A stretch of DNA of 64,000 nt, taken from the IMG/VR virus record IMGVR_UViG_3300033463_000015; one strand, given 5' to 3'. Both the position numbers and the translations under genes were made by a program. The notes under the pieces were generated by a model that saw nothing but the letters and a program-made list of their open reading frames with translations, ran no database searches and was not told the DNA's origin. Positions within the stretch are counted from its first letter, which is position 1; the number at the start of each line of letters is the position of its first letter. Below are positions 16,991 through 27,999 of the stretch, piece after piece. Source of the stretch: a virus. Its lineage: Duplodnaviria; Caudoviricetes.

Positions 16991-17250
16991 TGGGGAGGAG
17001 TTAAAAGCGTCCTCTCTCTGGTGCAATGCGGTAATACCTGTATACGGGTCCCAAAAGTTACCCTACCAGTAGTTAGAAGTCTGTAAAACTTCCATTGGGC
17101 TGGCTGAGAGGCCCGGGTCCACCTTGTAGGTTTCGCTTGACCGCAGGGGATGTATTCCCGAAACAAGCATTTAATATTATAAGCTGCCGACGCCTCTGCT
17201 GACGAGCAAGCGTACCACGGGGCAATGGGCTCGTTAATAACCTCCTCAAA
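16991..17250 (+). ncRNA. Unassigned ~260-nt structured RNA
   Basis: Closing stem TGGGGAGG/CCTCCTCA, GC-rich internal hairpins. Confidence 0.5.
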
Positions 17251-17366
17251 ACCGAGGAAGTAGGTACCTTGAGCCCTTCATTAATCAATAGGAGTCTTGA
17301 GCGGTTATTAGACTTAATACTCAACCGACCGATCGTACGCGGCAAAACAAATCCTATTGACGTTAT

Positions 17367-17453
17367 GCAGATGTGGCTGAGTGGTCTAAAGCAGCGGTTT
17401 GCTAAACCGTCGTACTTTCATCGGTACCGAAGGTTCAAATCCTTCCATCTGCG
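17367..17453 (+). tRNA. tRNA-Ser(GCT)
   Basis: TTGCTAA loop, long variable arm. Confidence 0.9.
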
Positions 17454-17471
17454 CTTTAAGGAGATGATTCT

Positions 17472-17735
17472 ATGGAAAATAAAGAAAATACTTCGATGTT
17501 AGAGGGATGGCGTTGCCCTTAGTGTGGAGCAGTAATGTCTCCATTTGTACGTAGCTGTGTAAATTGTGTTGGTAAATCTTCGCCTACAGTTGTTCAACCA
17601 AATACGACTACTCCATTAACTGAGCCATATCCATCTACAACTACACCTATATATGAAGAAGTTCCTTGGTGGATAACATACAATAGACCAATTACTATTA
17701 CTTGTGAAACAAAACCAGTTCAATGCTGGTTGTAA
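17472..17735 (+). CDS. Small Zn-ribbon protein; TAG=Gln
   Basis: GWRCP[TAG]CGAVMSP...CVNC. Confidence 0.7.
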
Positions 17736-17741
17736 AGGAGA

Positions 17742-17984
17742 ATGATTATGGATAGATTACGTATTCGTATTTTAAGCCAGAATGATGTAGTCTCGCTAGT
17801 AAATAGTCTAAATACTTGGACTGATAAGTTTATTCTTGAAAGTGAAGATGGCACTTATAGAGTAAATGCCAAGAGCGTTCTTGGTGTTCTTTACTTTGTG
17901 TCTGAACACCCAATGGATACTTATCTTATAAATATGACTAGCGGCGGCTACTACCCTGATGGTGCTATGCGTTTTCGCTTTTGA
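17742..17984 (+). CDS. HPr-like protein
   Basis: RVNAKSVLGV (Ser46 region); no His15 equivalent. Confidence 0.7.
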   Translation: MIMDRLRIRILSQNDVVSLVNSLNTWTDKFILESEDGTYRVNAKSVLGVLYFVSEHPMDTYLINMTSGGYYPDGAMRFRF

Positions 17985-17997
17985 AAGCGCAATTTAA

Positions 17998-18069
17998 TGA
18001 GGATTCGTATAACGGCGAGTACACACGGCTTTGACCCGGGTAGCGATGGTTCGATTCCATCATCCTCAG
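17998..18069 (+). tRNA. tRNA-Gln(TTG)
   Basis: CTTTGAC loop, U1:A72. Confidence 0.88.
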
Positions 18070-18074
18070 CTTAT

Positions 18075-18163
18075 GGGCATGTGGCCGAGTGGTTTAAGGC
18101 GGCGGTCTTGAAAACCGTTGATGTGATGAACATCCGTGGGTTCAAATCCTACCGTGCCCGTCA
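18075..18163 (+). tRNA. tRNA-Ser(TGA)
   Basis: CTTGAAA loop, long variable arm. Confidence 0.9.
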
Positions 18164-18184
18164 ATCTTATAAGGTGGTGATACT

Positions 18185-18451
18185 ATGCGCGAAACAGCTG
18201 AACGACGTCATAATGATTGGACAAAGGCTATTCGTAAGCGTAATTTATATCCCGATTATTATGATAATCTGCACCAATATAGTAAAAATAAAATTCATTG
18301 CTCTTGTCCAATGTGCGCGAGAAAATCTAACAATAAAGGCATATACGCCTTCTATCATGGATCGCATAATTTAACCATTGCGGACCGCCGCAGACAAGAA
18401 GAAATGGATGACCAACTTGAAGATTTGACTTTTGACGAAATTGATGTATAA
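18185..18451 (+). CDS. Hypothetical protein
   Basis: HCSCPMC motif. Confidence 0.6.
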   Translation: MRETAERRHNDWTKAIRKRNLYPDYYDNLHQYSKNKIHCSCPMCARKSNNKGIYAFYHGSHNLTIADRRRQEEMDDQLEDLTFDEIDV

Positions 18452-18475
18452 TATAATTGTAGAAAGGAGATAAGT

Positions 18476-18961
18476 ATGCCTACATTGTATATTATGTGCG
18501 GTATTCCGGGGTCTGGTAAAACTTATTTTGCACGGAATTTTCTTCGTGCAGATGTAACAGTATCTCGTGATAATATTCGTTTCATGATGCTGGATGATAA
18601 TGAACAGTATTTTGACCATGAGGCTGAAGTATTTAACGAATTTGTAAAAACTCTTGTGCATCATCTTCATCATTTTGAAACAGTGGTAGCGGATGCGACT
18701 CATCTCAACATCTGGTCACGTAAAAAGCTTACAAATGCTATTGACAAATATATTACGGATTATCGCATCGTATATGTGGTATGCGCTCCTTCACTACAGG
18801 TATGCCTCTATCGTAACAGCAAGCGCACTGGCCGTTCTCGAGTACCAGACGAAATCGTAAAAGAAATGGCCGACAAATTTCATCCGCCCGTAACTGACGC
18901 TTATAAATTGGAAGATGAGCGAGCAGTAGGAGTTTGGTGGATTAATGGCGAACCAAAATGA
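18476..18961 (+). CDS. Polynucleotide-kinase-like P-loop protein (AAA_33)
   Basis: CGIPGSGKT, SRDNIR, VADATHL. Confidence 0.85.
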   Translation: MPTLYIMCGIPGSGKTYFARNFLRADVTVSRDNIRFMMLDDNEQYFDHEAEVFNEFVKTLVHHLHHFETVVADATHLNIWSRKKLTNAIDKYITDYRIVYVVCAPSLQVCLYRNSKRTGRSRVPDEIVKEMADKFHPPVTDAYKLEDERAVGVWWINGEPK

Positions 18962-19572
18962 ATAACATTTGGTTTACAAGCGATACACATTTCTTTCACG
19001 AGCAATCATTCATTTACGAACCTCGCGGTTTTACTACCACTATGGAAATGAATGAAGCGATAGTAGAACGATGGAACGAGGTAGTCCAAGAAGAAGATAC
19101 TGTCTATCATCTCGGCGATGTATTAATGGGACATTATGATGTTAATATCCTAAAAAGACTAAACGGTAATATATTTTTAATTCGCGGCAATCACGATACA
19201 TTGCAGAAAATTAGCGACATCTACGAAACTGGCAAGGTAACTAATATTATACACACTAGCGAACTTTTAAAGTTCGGCAAACTAAATTTCTTTTGTTGCC
19301 ATTATCCAGTTCTTACTGCTAATTTTGATGATAAGCATTTTTCGCAGCATATTATTTCCCTACATGGTCATTCACATCAAACTTCTAACTGGCTATTTCC
19401 TGAAAACCCATTTATTTATCATGTTGGACTTGATTCGCACGATTGTAAGCCTGTTCATCTAGACGAAATTACTACGGATATACGAAATAGATGGAATCAA
19501 TTAGGCTAGCTTCCAATCATGTTAAATAAAGATTATCATAAAAATTTCACCTCCGAAGAAAGTCAAGATTAA
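18958..19572 (+). CDS. Calcineurin-like metallophosphoesterase; TAG read through to TAA 19572
   Basis: SDTH, HLGD, RGNHD, LHGHSH. Confidence 0.85.
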
Positions 19573-19636
19573 TTTCTTGACTTTTTTTAAATTTATAGTA
19601 TAATATAAATGTAAAGAGGAAAGGGGAGATTATAGG

Positions 19637-20488
19637 ATGGCAGTCGCTAAATCTTATGAGAATATGGAAATTATGGGCGAGCCTTATGCGCATGATGGCG
19701 ATGCTAAAAAGCTTTATGTGCGGGTGAAAGGTCCGTGCCATCGGTGTGGCGGCTCCGGCCAGTATTCCTATAATCCTATGGATGGCACTCGTTGTCTTGC
19801 TTGCCGCGGTTGTGGCTATGAAATCAAGGAAGTCCGCTGGTATACTGACAAACAGCGTGAAGCTCTTGACCGCGCGGCTGAAAAGCGTGCTGCGGCCAAA
19901 GCTGTGAAGGTTGAAGAGCGGCGTGTGAAGTTCGCGGCTCGTAATGCCTTTGGCTTTGGTGAAGCTGGTTTCATCACTCTTTTCAAGGGTGATAACACCA
20001 TTCTTAATGATTGGGCTCATGAAACCAATCCCTGCCGTGCTCGGTTTAATCTCCTGTTCGGCTGGTTCTGCCCTTCTAAGCTTGAGATTGTTAATCTTCC
20101 CGCTGAAATTACTCCTGTTGTCCTCAAGTGGGAGGATGTTCACAATCCCGATGATCCGGAAGACCTGACTATGCGCGATGAAGCCGAAGTCCGCAAGCTC
20201 ATTCACGAACTACTTGATGATCAGAGCAAGAGTGAATATCAGGGTGAAGTCGGTGATTGGCTTGAGCGCGAAGTTACCATTAAGAAGAATGTTCCTGTTA
20301 ATGGCCGCTTTGGTGAAAGCCGCGTCCATATTATGGAAGATACTGATGGCAACGAATATGTTTGGATTACTGCTTCCAAAAACCTTGAAGTTGGCTTTAA
20401 GTGCGTGATGCGCATGAAGGTCAAGGAGCACAAGGAATATAATGATGTGAAGCAGACTGTCGTTTACTACTGCAAAATGAAAGGATGA
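19637..20488 (+). CDS. Hypothetical protein with CxxCGGSG Zn finger and OB-like C-terminus
   Basis: CHRCGGSG...CLACRG; own promoter. Confidence 0.7.
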   Translation: MAVAKSYENMEIMGEPYAHDGDAKKLYVRVKGPCHRCGGSGQYSYNPMDGTRCLACRGCGYEIKEVRWYTDKQREALDRAAEKRAAAKAVKVEERRVKFAARNAFGFGEAGFITLFKGDNTILNDWAHETNPCRARFNLLFGWFCPSKLEIVNLPAEITPVVLKWEDVHNPDDPEDLTMRDEAEVRKLIHELLDDQSKSEYQGEVGDWLEREVTIKKNVPVNGRFGESRVHIMEDTDGNEYVWITASKNLEVGFKCVMRMKVKEHKEYNDVKQTVVYYCKMKG

Positions 20489-20980
20489 TGAATATGACTC
20501 TGTATTTTGAGAATAGTCACGGTGTATGGCGCCCTATTGCGGAATGCGCTAACAAGGTTGATGTTGCTATTGCTATCAAGAGATTTCTCGATGAGCATAA
20601 TTACAAGAGCTATTATACTCGCATTTGGGATGAAGATGGCTGGCGGCATTATGATGTTGGCAGCTGGAGCGAGTTCTTTCATTGGCAGATGAGTTCGGAG
20701 GCTAAGATTCCTAATGGTAACGAGAGCAGCAGTTAAAATCTTTGATAATAAACAACAAAAAGAAATTATTATTCCATGCCATCGACATTGCGATGCTTTT
20801 CAGATTTTACATAATTTTGGATATACTATTAGAGATTTTAAAGAATTAGGACAGGGTTTCTTAAATGAGCATGATGAATATATGAGCCGTTTAGAAGCCA
20901 TGAAAGAAGCTAAACGATGCCGTCAAGTGTCAGATTTTAAATTAGTGACTAGTGAATTATATAGTGAAGATTTGTGGTAA
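20485..20980 (+). CDS. Two small hypothetical ORFs (20485-20736, 20714-20980)
   Basis: Overlapping ORFs; RHCDA...GFL pattern in the second. Confidence 0.6.
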
Positions 20981-20991
20981 GGAGTTAAAAT

Positions 20992-22212
20992 ATGTTAAAT
21001 TCAAAACAGGAACGCGAATTAGCTTATGTAGGAATTATTGATGGTATTGAACCCATCCTCGGATATGACCGTGTTGAACACGCTATTGTTGGCGGCTGGC
21101 GTGTTATTGTTCAGAAGGGTCAATTTAATGTAGGTGATCCGGCTATCTACTTTGAAATTGATTCCCGCGTGCCTTCTGATAAAGAATGCTTTGCTTTCCT
21201 TGAGAAGCGGCATTATAAGGTAAAAACGCTGAAGATGTGTAAGACTCTTTCACAAGGTTTGCTTATGCACGCCGAAGATTTTGGTTGGCACATAGGACTA
21301 AATTGTGGAGTGATGATGATTTATGATGGAGAAGAATGGCATAATCCTCTTGATGAATCCCGCTTCCTGACTAAACAACTTGGCGTAACTTACGCCGATG
21401 AAGAAGACAATCAGCGTAAGGCTCCTACTGTAGATAAGTATAAGAAAATGGCCGCTCGTCATCCCGAAATTTTCAAGAAATCTTGGGCTAAGTGGATGAT
21501 GAAACATAATTTTGGCCGCAAAGTGATGTTTTTCTTCTTTGGTAAAAAGAAAGATAAGAAGAATGGTTGGCCTTCTTGGGTTCAAAAGACCGATGAAGAG
21601 CGAGTGCAAAATATGCCTTGGATTCTAAATGATGATGGTGATTGGATTGCCACTGAGAAGATTGATGGAACTAGCACTACTTTCTCTATGAAGCGTGGTA
21701 AATTTAGACATAAATCTTTCTATGTCTGTTCCCGCAATGTATGCTTTGGAGAAGAAAGTAAAGAATGCTATTATGATACCAATGTATACTGGGAAATGGC
21801 TAAGCAATATGATATGTTCAAGGTACTATCTAATTTGTTGGCCGCTTATCCTAATGAAGAATGGATTACCATTCAAGGTGAAACTTTTGGTGATGGTATC
21901 CAGCGGCGAGATTACTCTCTCTGCGGTGAACACGATTTTCTAGCATTTAATCTAATTTTCTCATCTCGCGGTCGTGTAGGAACTCTTGAAATGATTGATA
22001 TTCTCGATCCATATGGAATTGAATGCGTGCCTGTGCTTAATTGTAAGATGAAAATTAATCAATTTGAAAATGTAGATGCTATTCTTACTTATGCAGAAGG
22101 TAAATCTTGTCTGGATAATTTACCTCGCGAAGGTATCGTATTCCGTTCTACTGATGGCTCTAAATCTTTTAAAGCTGTAAGTAATAGTTTTCTTCTAAAG
22201 TATCACTCTTAA
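20992..22212 (+). CDS. ATP-dependent RNA ligase (DRB0094/Rnl2-like, N-terminal OB domain)
   Basis: YFEIDS N-terminal module; motifs TEKIDG, SRN, QGE, EGIV, FKAVS. Confidence 0.88.
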   Translation: MLNSKQERELAYVGIIDGIEPILGYDRVEHAIVGGWRVIVQKGQFNVGDPAIYFEIDSRVPSDKECFAFLEKRHYKVKTLKMCKTLSQGLLMHAEDFGWHIGLNCGVMMIYDGEEWHNPLDESRFLTKQLGVTYADEEDNQRKAPTVDKYKKMAARHPEIFKKSWAKWMMKHNFGRKVMFFFFGKKKDKKNGWPSWVQKTDEERVQNMPWILNDDGDWIATEKIDGTSTTFSMKRGKFRHKSFYVCSRNVCFGEESKECYYDTNVYWEMAKQYDMFKVLSNLLAAYPNEEWITIQGETFGDGIQRRDYSLCGEHDFLAFNLIFSSRGRVGTLEMIDILDPYGIECVPVLNCKMKINQFENVDAILTYAEGKSCLDNLPREGIVFRSTDGSKSFKAVSNSFLLKYHS

Positions 22213-22500
22213 TTTGTAAGTCAAGGATAAAACCTTGACTTTTTTCTAATTCATGTTATAATAATTATAGAATAAAGAAAGGAGAAAATCTATGACACAA
22301 GCACCAGTAGATACACTTCACGAAAAGCATAAGCAATATCTTTTTGAACATTCACCCGCCGATCGTATTATTGAAGATCGCGGCATTTATAGAGGTCGTG
22401 GTGAGCCAACTAGTGAGTTTGTTATTAGTGCTGGCGGTGATGTAAGTGTGTATCGTGTAGTTGGTCGTGGCCCTAATTTTAGACTATATGAGAGGTAATT

Positions 22501-22911
22501 ATGAGACTTTGGCATACTAAACTAATTTCTGTCCTACCGCGAGAACAGCTTGTAGCGCAATGGCGCGAACTTAGTAGCATCGCGGGCGCCATCCAGAAAA
22601 ATGGCACTCCTAATCATGTACTTGTTAATTTCGTAATGGATTATAGTTATGACCATTTTATCTCATATGCTTACTACGTGCGACAAGAAATGTCTCGTCG
22701 TGGTTATCGTACTATGAATAGCGTTTGGGATAAGATTTGTTCTCTAGAGCCTAATTGGAAATGTCTACTTCTAGATGAAGTTTATCAGCCTAAAATGGAT
22801 AAATTTTATCTTACTGTATGCTATTATAATCTATACGAAAAATATGATTGCGGTATGTTCAAAGATTTTGATGCAATTCAAGATGTATGGAGGAAAGAAA
22901 TTGCCGATTGA
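22501..22911 (+). CDS. Pyrimidine-dimer DNA glycosylase/endonuclease V family
   Basis: MRLWHTKLISVLPREQLVAQWRE...EMSRRGY. Confidence 0.8.
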   Translation: MRLWHTKLISVLPREQLVAQWRELSSIAGAIQKNGTPNHVLVNFVMDYSYDHFISYAYYVRQEMSRRGYRTMNSVWDKICSLEPNWKCLLLDEVYQPKMDKFYLTVCYYNLYEKYDCGMFKDFDAIQDVWRKEIAD

Positions 22912-23182
22912 TTATGATGCCTTATGGGATGAGGCGTATGAAATGGCTTGCCAACGTGGCCACGAAGAAGGTACTTATGGAATTGATTATGAGGAAGAAG
23001 ATGTTGAACGTTGGGCGGAGGACTATTACTATTATCTAAAGGACTTAAAAGAGGTAGAAAGTGATGAATAAAGAACTATTAAGGCTCAAGTATGAATATA
23101 GAATTAAGTTACTAATGGCTCGCAATGAAGTTGGTAATATGGGAATTATCAATAAGTTGAAGAGAAAATTGAGAAATCTTGA

Positions 23183-23210
23183 AGCCCGCTAAAAAGCGGG
23201 TTTCTTTTTA
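23183..23210 (+). terminator. Intrinsic terminator
   Basis: AGCCCGCT-AAAA-AGCGGGTT followed by a T-rich tail. Confidence 0.7.
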
Positions 23211-23226
23211 TTTGCGGGGTGAAGAA

Positions 23227-25602
23227 ATGAGTAAAGAAGACTTTTCATGGCTAAGTTAGGGCAGATATATTTTTTTTAGTAGCTTATATAATAAAAATAG
23301 AGAAATTTATGATATAGGTCAATCACGTTTAAGTAATTTTAAAACTAATCATACGTTAAATTCAAACGATACAAATGGTGACGAATATGAAAATTTTACG
23401 CAACAAATTGATGCGTATCTTAATATGCTACAATCTTGGCACTAGATGCTGTTAAATTCAGAAAGAATGTTTTTAAAATCTAATTTAAGTATTCTAAAAG
23501 AAAACAATTAGTTTAATAATATTACAAGTATCTTAGAAAAAATGCAAGATGGGACTTCTATTACTGAAGATGATTATAGCAATATTATTGCTTTTATAAA
23601 CTTTATTCAAAATCACGGAGACTTAACTACCATGCAAGAAAATATTAAAACTTCTTTAAATAATATCTCCCATTTAAATAAAAATTTCTTATCTTTAACA
23701 AAAGAAGAAAAATAGAGTGTTATTCATAATTATATTACGTCTCCTAAAAATTATAATATAAATGCTGGAAAACTAATGCGTACTATTCGTATAGATGATA
23801 CTTTTATTAGTGCTTATATTAAATCAAATAGCCAATATTATGCAGAACGTGTTAATAAATTATTATCATCTTTAAGTGATTCAGAATAGTTTAAACAATT
23901 AGTGTATCGACAGTACGAAAAATATAAAAATGATAAAACTATTACTGTTGTAGGCTCTAATTTAACTAAATTAATTTTAAATATTGTTAGTGATACTATT
24001 ACAAAAGATCAAGGTCATCATAAAGGTGAACATACGAATAAATTAACAGAATTAGTAATACAAAGACTAGAAGACGCATTAAAAATTACTAATTTACATA
24101 AAGATATTATTACTCCTGCAAGTGGCGCTTTTACTCATGGAGGGAAACGTGAGTCTTTTGAAGAAATCGCAATGCTACATGTTAGAGAAAATTTAAGTCA
24201 ATTATTAGAAACTGCAACGAATGCTGAACAAATAATAAATAAATATGATAAAAATCAAGAGTTATTAAACAAATGGAAAAATTTAAAAAGATTAATTGCT
24301 CAAGGAACTGCAAAGGAGGAAACAATTGCTAAAAAAAGAAGAGAATTTAATGCAAGTTTACGAGAAAATATCAAAAATGCTTTTTCTAATAGAGAAGTTA
24401 ATGGTCAAATTTATAGTGAATTAACAGAAAATACAGATAAAATAAAATTTTTTTCTAATAGACAAATACAAAAAACTTTATCTTTCATGGAGAACCCTTT
24501 AGAGGCTATATTGCCTGAATTTGCTAATGGATGTAAATTAACTATTAGTAAAAACACTATGGCTGAGTTATTGGCGGCTAACCATATTGAAGAAAATATT
24601 CCAGGAATGATTACTGGTAAACTACCTGGTAGTTTAAATATGAAAGATGACGTTACTTTTATTTTAGATACTCAAACAGATATTTAGACCTTATTAGAAA
24701 AAGAAACTGAAGCTTCTATAAAACCCTTAATTACAGATATAAATAATACAATAAATTAGTATCTTGAACAAACGTTAGGTAATTTTGTTAAACATTATCA
24801 TGATGCAGGCGGCGGTGCTACAGACGTAGAATTAGCAGAAAAAACATATATAGAAGATATGAAGACGTTAATTGACCTTATTGAAAAATATTTATCTGAC
24901 ATCAATGCAGATGAAGATATTAGAGCAGCTGTATTAAATAAATTAAATAATACGTTAGTTGGCGGTATTAGTGTTAAAGATTATTCATTATATAATAATG
25001 AAATCGGATACCATGGCGGTTCTTTAGGCGGCAGCGGAGCTCCTGAAGCCGTTGTAAATAATATTACAAAAATGTACGAACTTGGCGGAATATCTCCATA
25101 TGATAAAGATGCTTTATTATTTGCAATTTTAAATTGTGCCCCTAGTGCTATCGGATCTCATTTAAAAGATTCATTAGAAGCATATTTACTAGGAGGCGCA
25201 GCAATGATCATGTTTGATGAAGGATTTTCAATAGGTAAAAAATATTTATAGGATATGAAAGAACAGGTAAATATAGAAAATTTTAGTGGCCCAAAAACTC
25301 TGGGATTATATTATTTAAATTTAACATATGTACCATCTTCTTATATTCTATATAATATTTATCAAAGCTTATTACAATTTTATCATAAGTTACCATCAGA
25401 TATTCATACTGTAAAAGTACGTAATCGTGTAGTAATTAATAATAACGCTTCAGAAAGTTTAATTCCTGATTCAGGGTCGTTACCAGAAAGATTCAAAGCC
25501 GCTGCTACCGCGGCAGAGAAACAAATTACTATTCAATTCTTATTTATGGCCGGAATGTTAGATATTCTTAATAATTTATAGAATAGTTTTAATATAAAAT
25601 AA
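23227..25602 (+). CDS. Large hypothetical protein (~790 aa), TAG-rich
   Basis: Single frame interrupted only by TAG codons; ends at TAA 25602. Confidence 0.75.
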
Positions 25603-25660
25603 TATTTTCTACTTTTCTCTACATATATATCGGGGATAAGCCCCACGGAGGTGAAATCTT

Positions 25661-26098
25661 ATGAATGAGAATGAAATTCTCAACTGGCTATCTTCCAATA
25701 TAGTACAAGTAATTATTATTCTATCCATTTTCATCCAAATATCCCCGATAAAATGGAACCCAATTACTTCTCTCTTCAACTGGTTAGGGAAAATTATTAC
25801 GAAAGATGTATCTAAACAAGTTGAAGATATGAATAAAACTATTGACGATATCCAAAAACAAATTTATACAAATGAAAAAGACCGCATCCGTTGGGAGGTC
25901 CTTGATTTTGCTAGATCTTGTCGCAATGGACAAGAACATACATTTGACGAATTTCGTCATATTATCAAACTAAATGATAAATATGAGGATCTACTTGCAA
26001 AAACTAAAGAAAAGAATGGTGTATTTAAGCTGGAAATAGAGTACATTAATGATCTTTTCGATAAATATAAAAAGGAGAACAAAATCTCCGAAGAATAA
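25661..26098 (+). CDS. Membrane-anchored, possibly lysis-associated hypothetical protein
   Basis: N-terminal TM segment; adjacent to holin. Confidence 0.6.
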   Translation: MNENEILNWLSSNIVQVIIILSIFIQISPIKWNPITSLFNWLGKIITKDVSKQVEDMNKTIDDIQKQIYTNEKDRIRWEVLDFARSCRNGQEHTFDEFRHIIKLNDKYEDLLAKTKEKNGVFKLEIEYINDLFDKYKKENKISEE

Positions 26099-26116
26099 TA
26101 TAAAGGAGTGATTCAT

Positions 26117-26371
26117 ATGAATTTTAAGAAATGGTTAATCGCAGCCGGTATTCGTGCAATTAAGACCGTAGCACAAACTGCTATTGCTACTATCGGCACT
26201 ACCGCAGTTCTAGATCAGGTTAATTGGGTAATGGTAGCTTCCGCTTCTGCTTTAGCAGGTATTTTAAGTCTTCTAACTAGCATTGGCGGCTTACCTGAAT
26301 TAGAGCTAGAAAAGAAACTTGAAGAGGTTAAGGAAGAACCTGAAGAGGTTAAGGAAGAACCTGAAGCCTAA
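26117..26371 (+). CDS. Holin (phage r1t family)
   Basis: AAGIRAIKTVAQTA...VNW...LLTSIGGLPE. Confidence 0.85.
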   Translation: MNFKKWLIAAGIRAIKTVAQTAIATIGTTAVLDQVNWVMVASASALAGILSLLTSIGGLPELELEKKLEEVKEEPEEVKEEPEA

Positions 26372-26430
26372 TATTTGCCTTTTTTCATATTTTATGCTAT
26401 AATAAATTATATGAAGAAAGGAGAAAAATT

Positions 26431-26928
26431 ATGGATAGACGAAGCAAAGAGCGAGTAATTCCACTGGAAATTTACACTGACGGTTCTTGTAAGAAAATAG
26501 CTAATAAGAATTTTGGTGGATGGGCTTACATCGCTGTTGAAGATAGTCAGCAAGTCTATTATAAAACTGGCGGAGAACTTGATACAACCAATCAACGAAT
26601 GGAACTTCAAGCTATCCGCCAGGCTCTCATTTATGCGGCAGAACATCGTAAAGAAAGTCAAGCTGTAATTATTTACAGTGATTCAGCATACGCTATCAAT
26701 TGCTATTCGCAGCGCTGGTATGAAAATTGGCGGCGAAATGGTTGGCGCAATGCGGCTAAAAAAGAAGTCGCCAATCAAGATCTATGGATTGATATTATTC
26801 CATATTTTGAAAATGTGTGGTTCTACTTCAAAAAAGTAGAAGGGCACAATGGCGTTTTCTGGAATGAAAAATGCGATGAACTAGCGCAAAACGAAGCACA
26901 AGAACTAAAAATAAATTGGCGAGGATAA
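26431..26928 (+). CDS. rnhA: Ribonuclease HI
   Basis: YTDGS, TNQRMEL, YSDSAY, VANQDLW, VEGH. Confidence 0.92.
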   Translation: MDRRSKERVIPLEIYTDGSCKKIANKNFGGWAYIAVEDSQQVYYKTGGELDTTNQRMELQAIRQALIYAAEHRKESQAVIIYSDSAYAINCYSQRWYENWRRNGWRNAAKKEVANQDLWIDIIPYFENVWFYFKKVEGHNGVFWNEKCDELAQNEAQELKINWRG

Positions 26929-26931
26929 GAT

Positions 26932-27252
26932 ATGAGAGAAGAATTATATAGTGTAACCCGGGATGAGTATGTAGGTTTTGTCAAGTAGCTTATCCCGCAA
27001 AATATGCACACAGAGCATATTGAAAATGATGATGAAACAGCAAGTCTTAAAATTTATGCTAATCGAGATGGTATGCTAATCGCCGAGCAATATCTAAATG
27101 CAGATGGCATTTATGAATATTATGTTTATAATATGCCAGCCAATGAAGATAGACGTGCAGCAAAACCCGTTCAAAAAATTGTTCTTGAAACACAAGAAGA
27201 AGTTCAAACATTTTTTAATATTCTACAAAAGGCGATAGGTAAAAAGAAATGA
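26932..27252 (+). CDS. Hypothetical protein; TAG=Gln
   Basis: ATG 26932 in frame with ORF 27004 through one TAG. Confidence 0.65.
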
Positions 27253-27438
27253 CTGAATTATTTACAGATATTTCAGATTTTGATAAACATATTACAAGAC
27301 TTGCTATTGATACTGCATTTATGCTAAATGATGTTCCAAAAACTATCAAGCGCATTGAAGAATATAGAGCAGCATGTTCCCCTGCTGTATAGGAGTTTGT
27401 AGATTTTTATGTACAACTCAAATTGGAGGAAATGAAGA

Positions 27439-27999
27439 ATGAAGAAGATAATTCTAATTAGCGGTAAAAGTGGATCCGGCAAGGATACATTTGCAAAATT
27501 TTTACAGGAAGTATTAGAGGCAGATGGCCAGCGTATTTTAGTTATTCATTTTGCCGATATGGTAAAAGAATATGCCAAGCTATATTATAAATGGAATGGC
27601 GAAAAGGATATTAGCGGCCGCCAGCTACTTCAACAGATGGGCACGAATGAAGTGCGCTCTGTGTTTAAAAACTATTGGGCTGATTTGGTAGCGCAATTCA
27701 TTAAAGCAACAGAGAACGATTGGGATTACGCTTTAATTCCAGACCTTCGTTTCTTAAATGAATTAAAAAGAGTAAAGAAGTTTAATAAAGGTAAGTGCGT
27801 ATCTGTTGGTATTCGCCGTTACACAGATGATGGCGAAATATGGGAAAATCCATTGCTAACAGAAGAACAGCGTAATCATCCTTCAGAAGTTGATCTAGAT
27901 GATTATTGTCTTGATTGGTATGTCGATAATATTGGCCCATTCGCTGGTATGAAAGATTCAGCTATTGAATTTTTAGAGAAGATAGGAGAAAGAGAATGA
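27439..27999 (+). CDS. Deoxynucleoside monophosphate kinase-like
   Basis: SGKSGSGKD, FAD, RQLLQQMGT, DLRFLNE, HPSE. Confidence 0.8.
   Translation: MKKIILISGKSGSGKDTFAKFLQEVLEADGQRILVIHFADMVKEYAKLYYKWNGEKDISGRQLLQQMGTNEVRSVFKNYWADLVAQFIKATENDWDYALIPDLRFLNELKRVKKFNKGKCVSVGIRRYTDDGEIWENPLLTEEQRNHPSEVDLDDYCLDWYVDNIGPFAGMKDSAIEFLEKIGERE

Noticed and set aside
17009-17125. rRNA-like snippets (GCGGTAATAC, AAAAGTTACCCTA, CTGAGAGG)
   Set aside because: Short, non-colinear matches without supporting helices, unlike the H43/H44 mimic; probably chance.
26321-26362. 21-nt tandem duplication at the holin 3' end (EEVKEEP x2)
   Set aside because: Simple in-frame slippage in a charged tail; no sign of a wider system.
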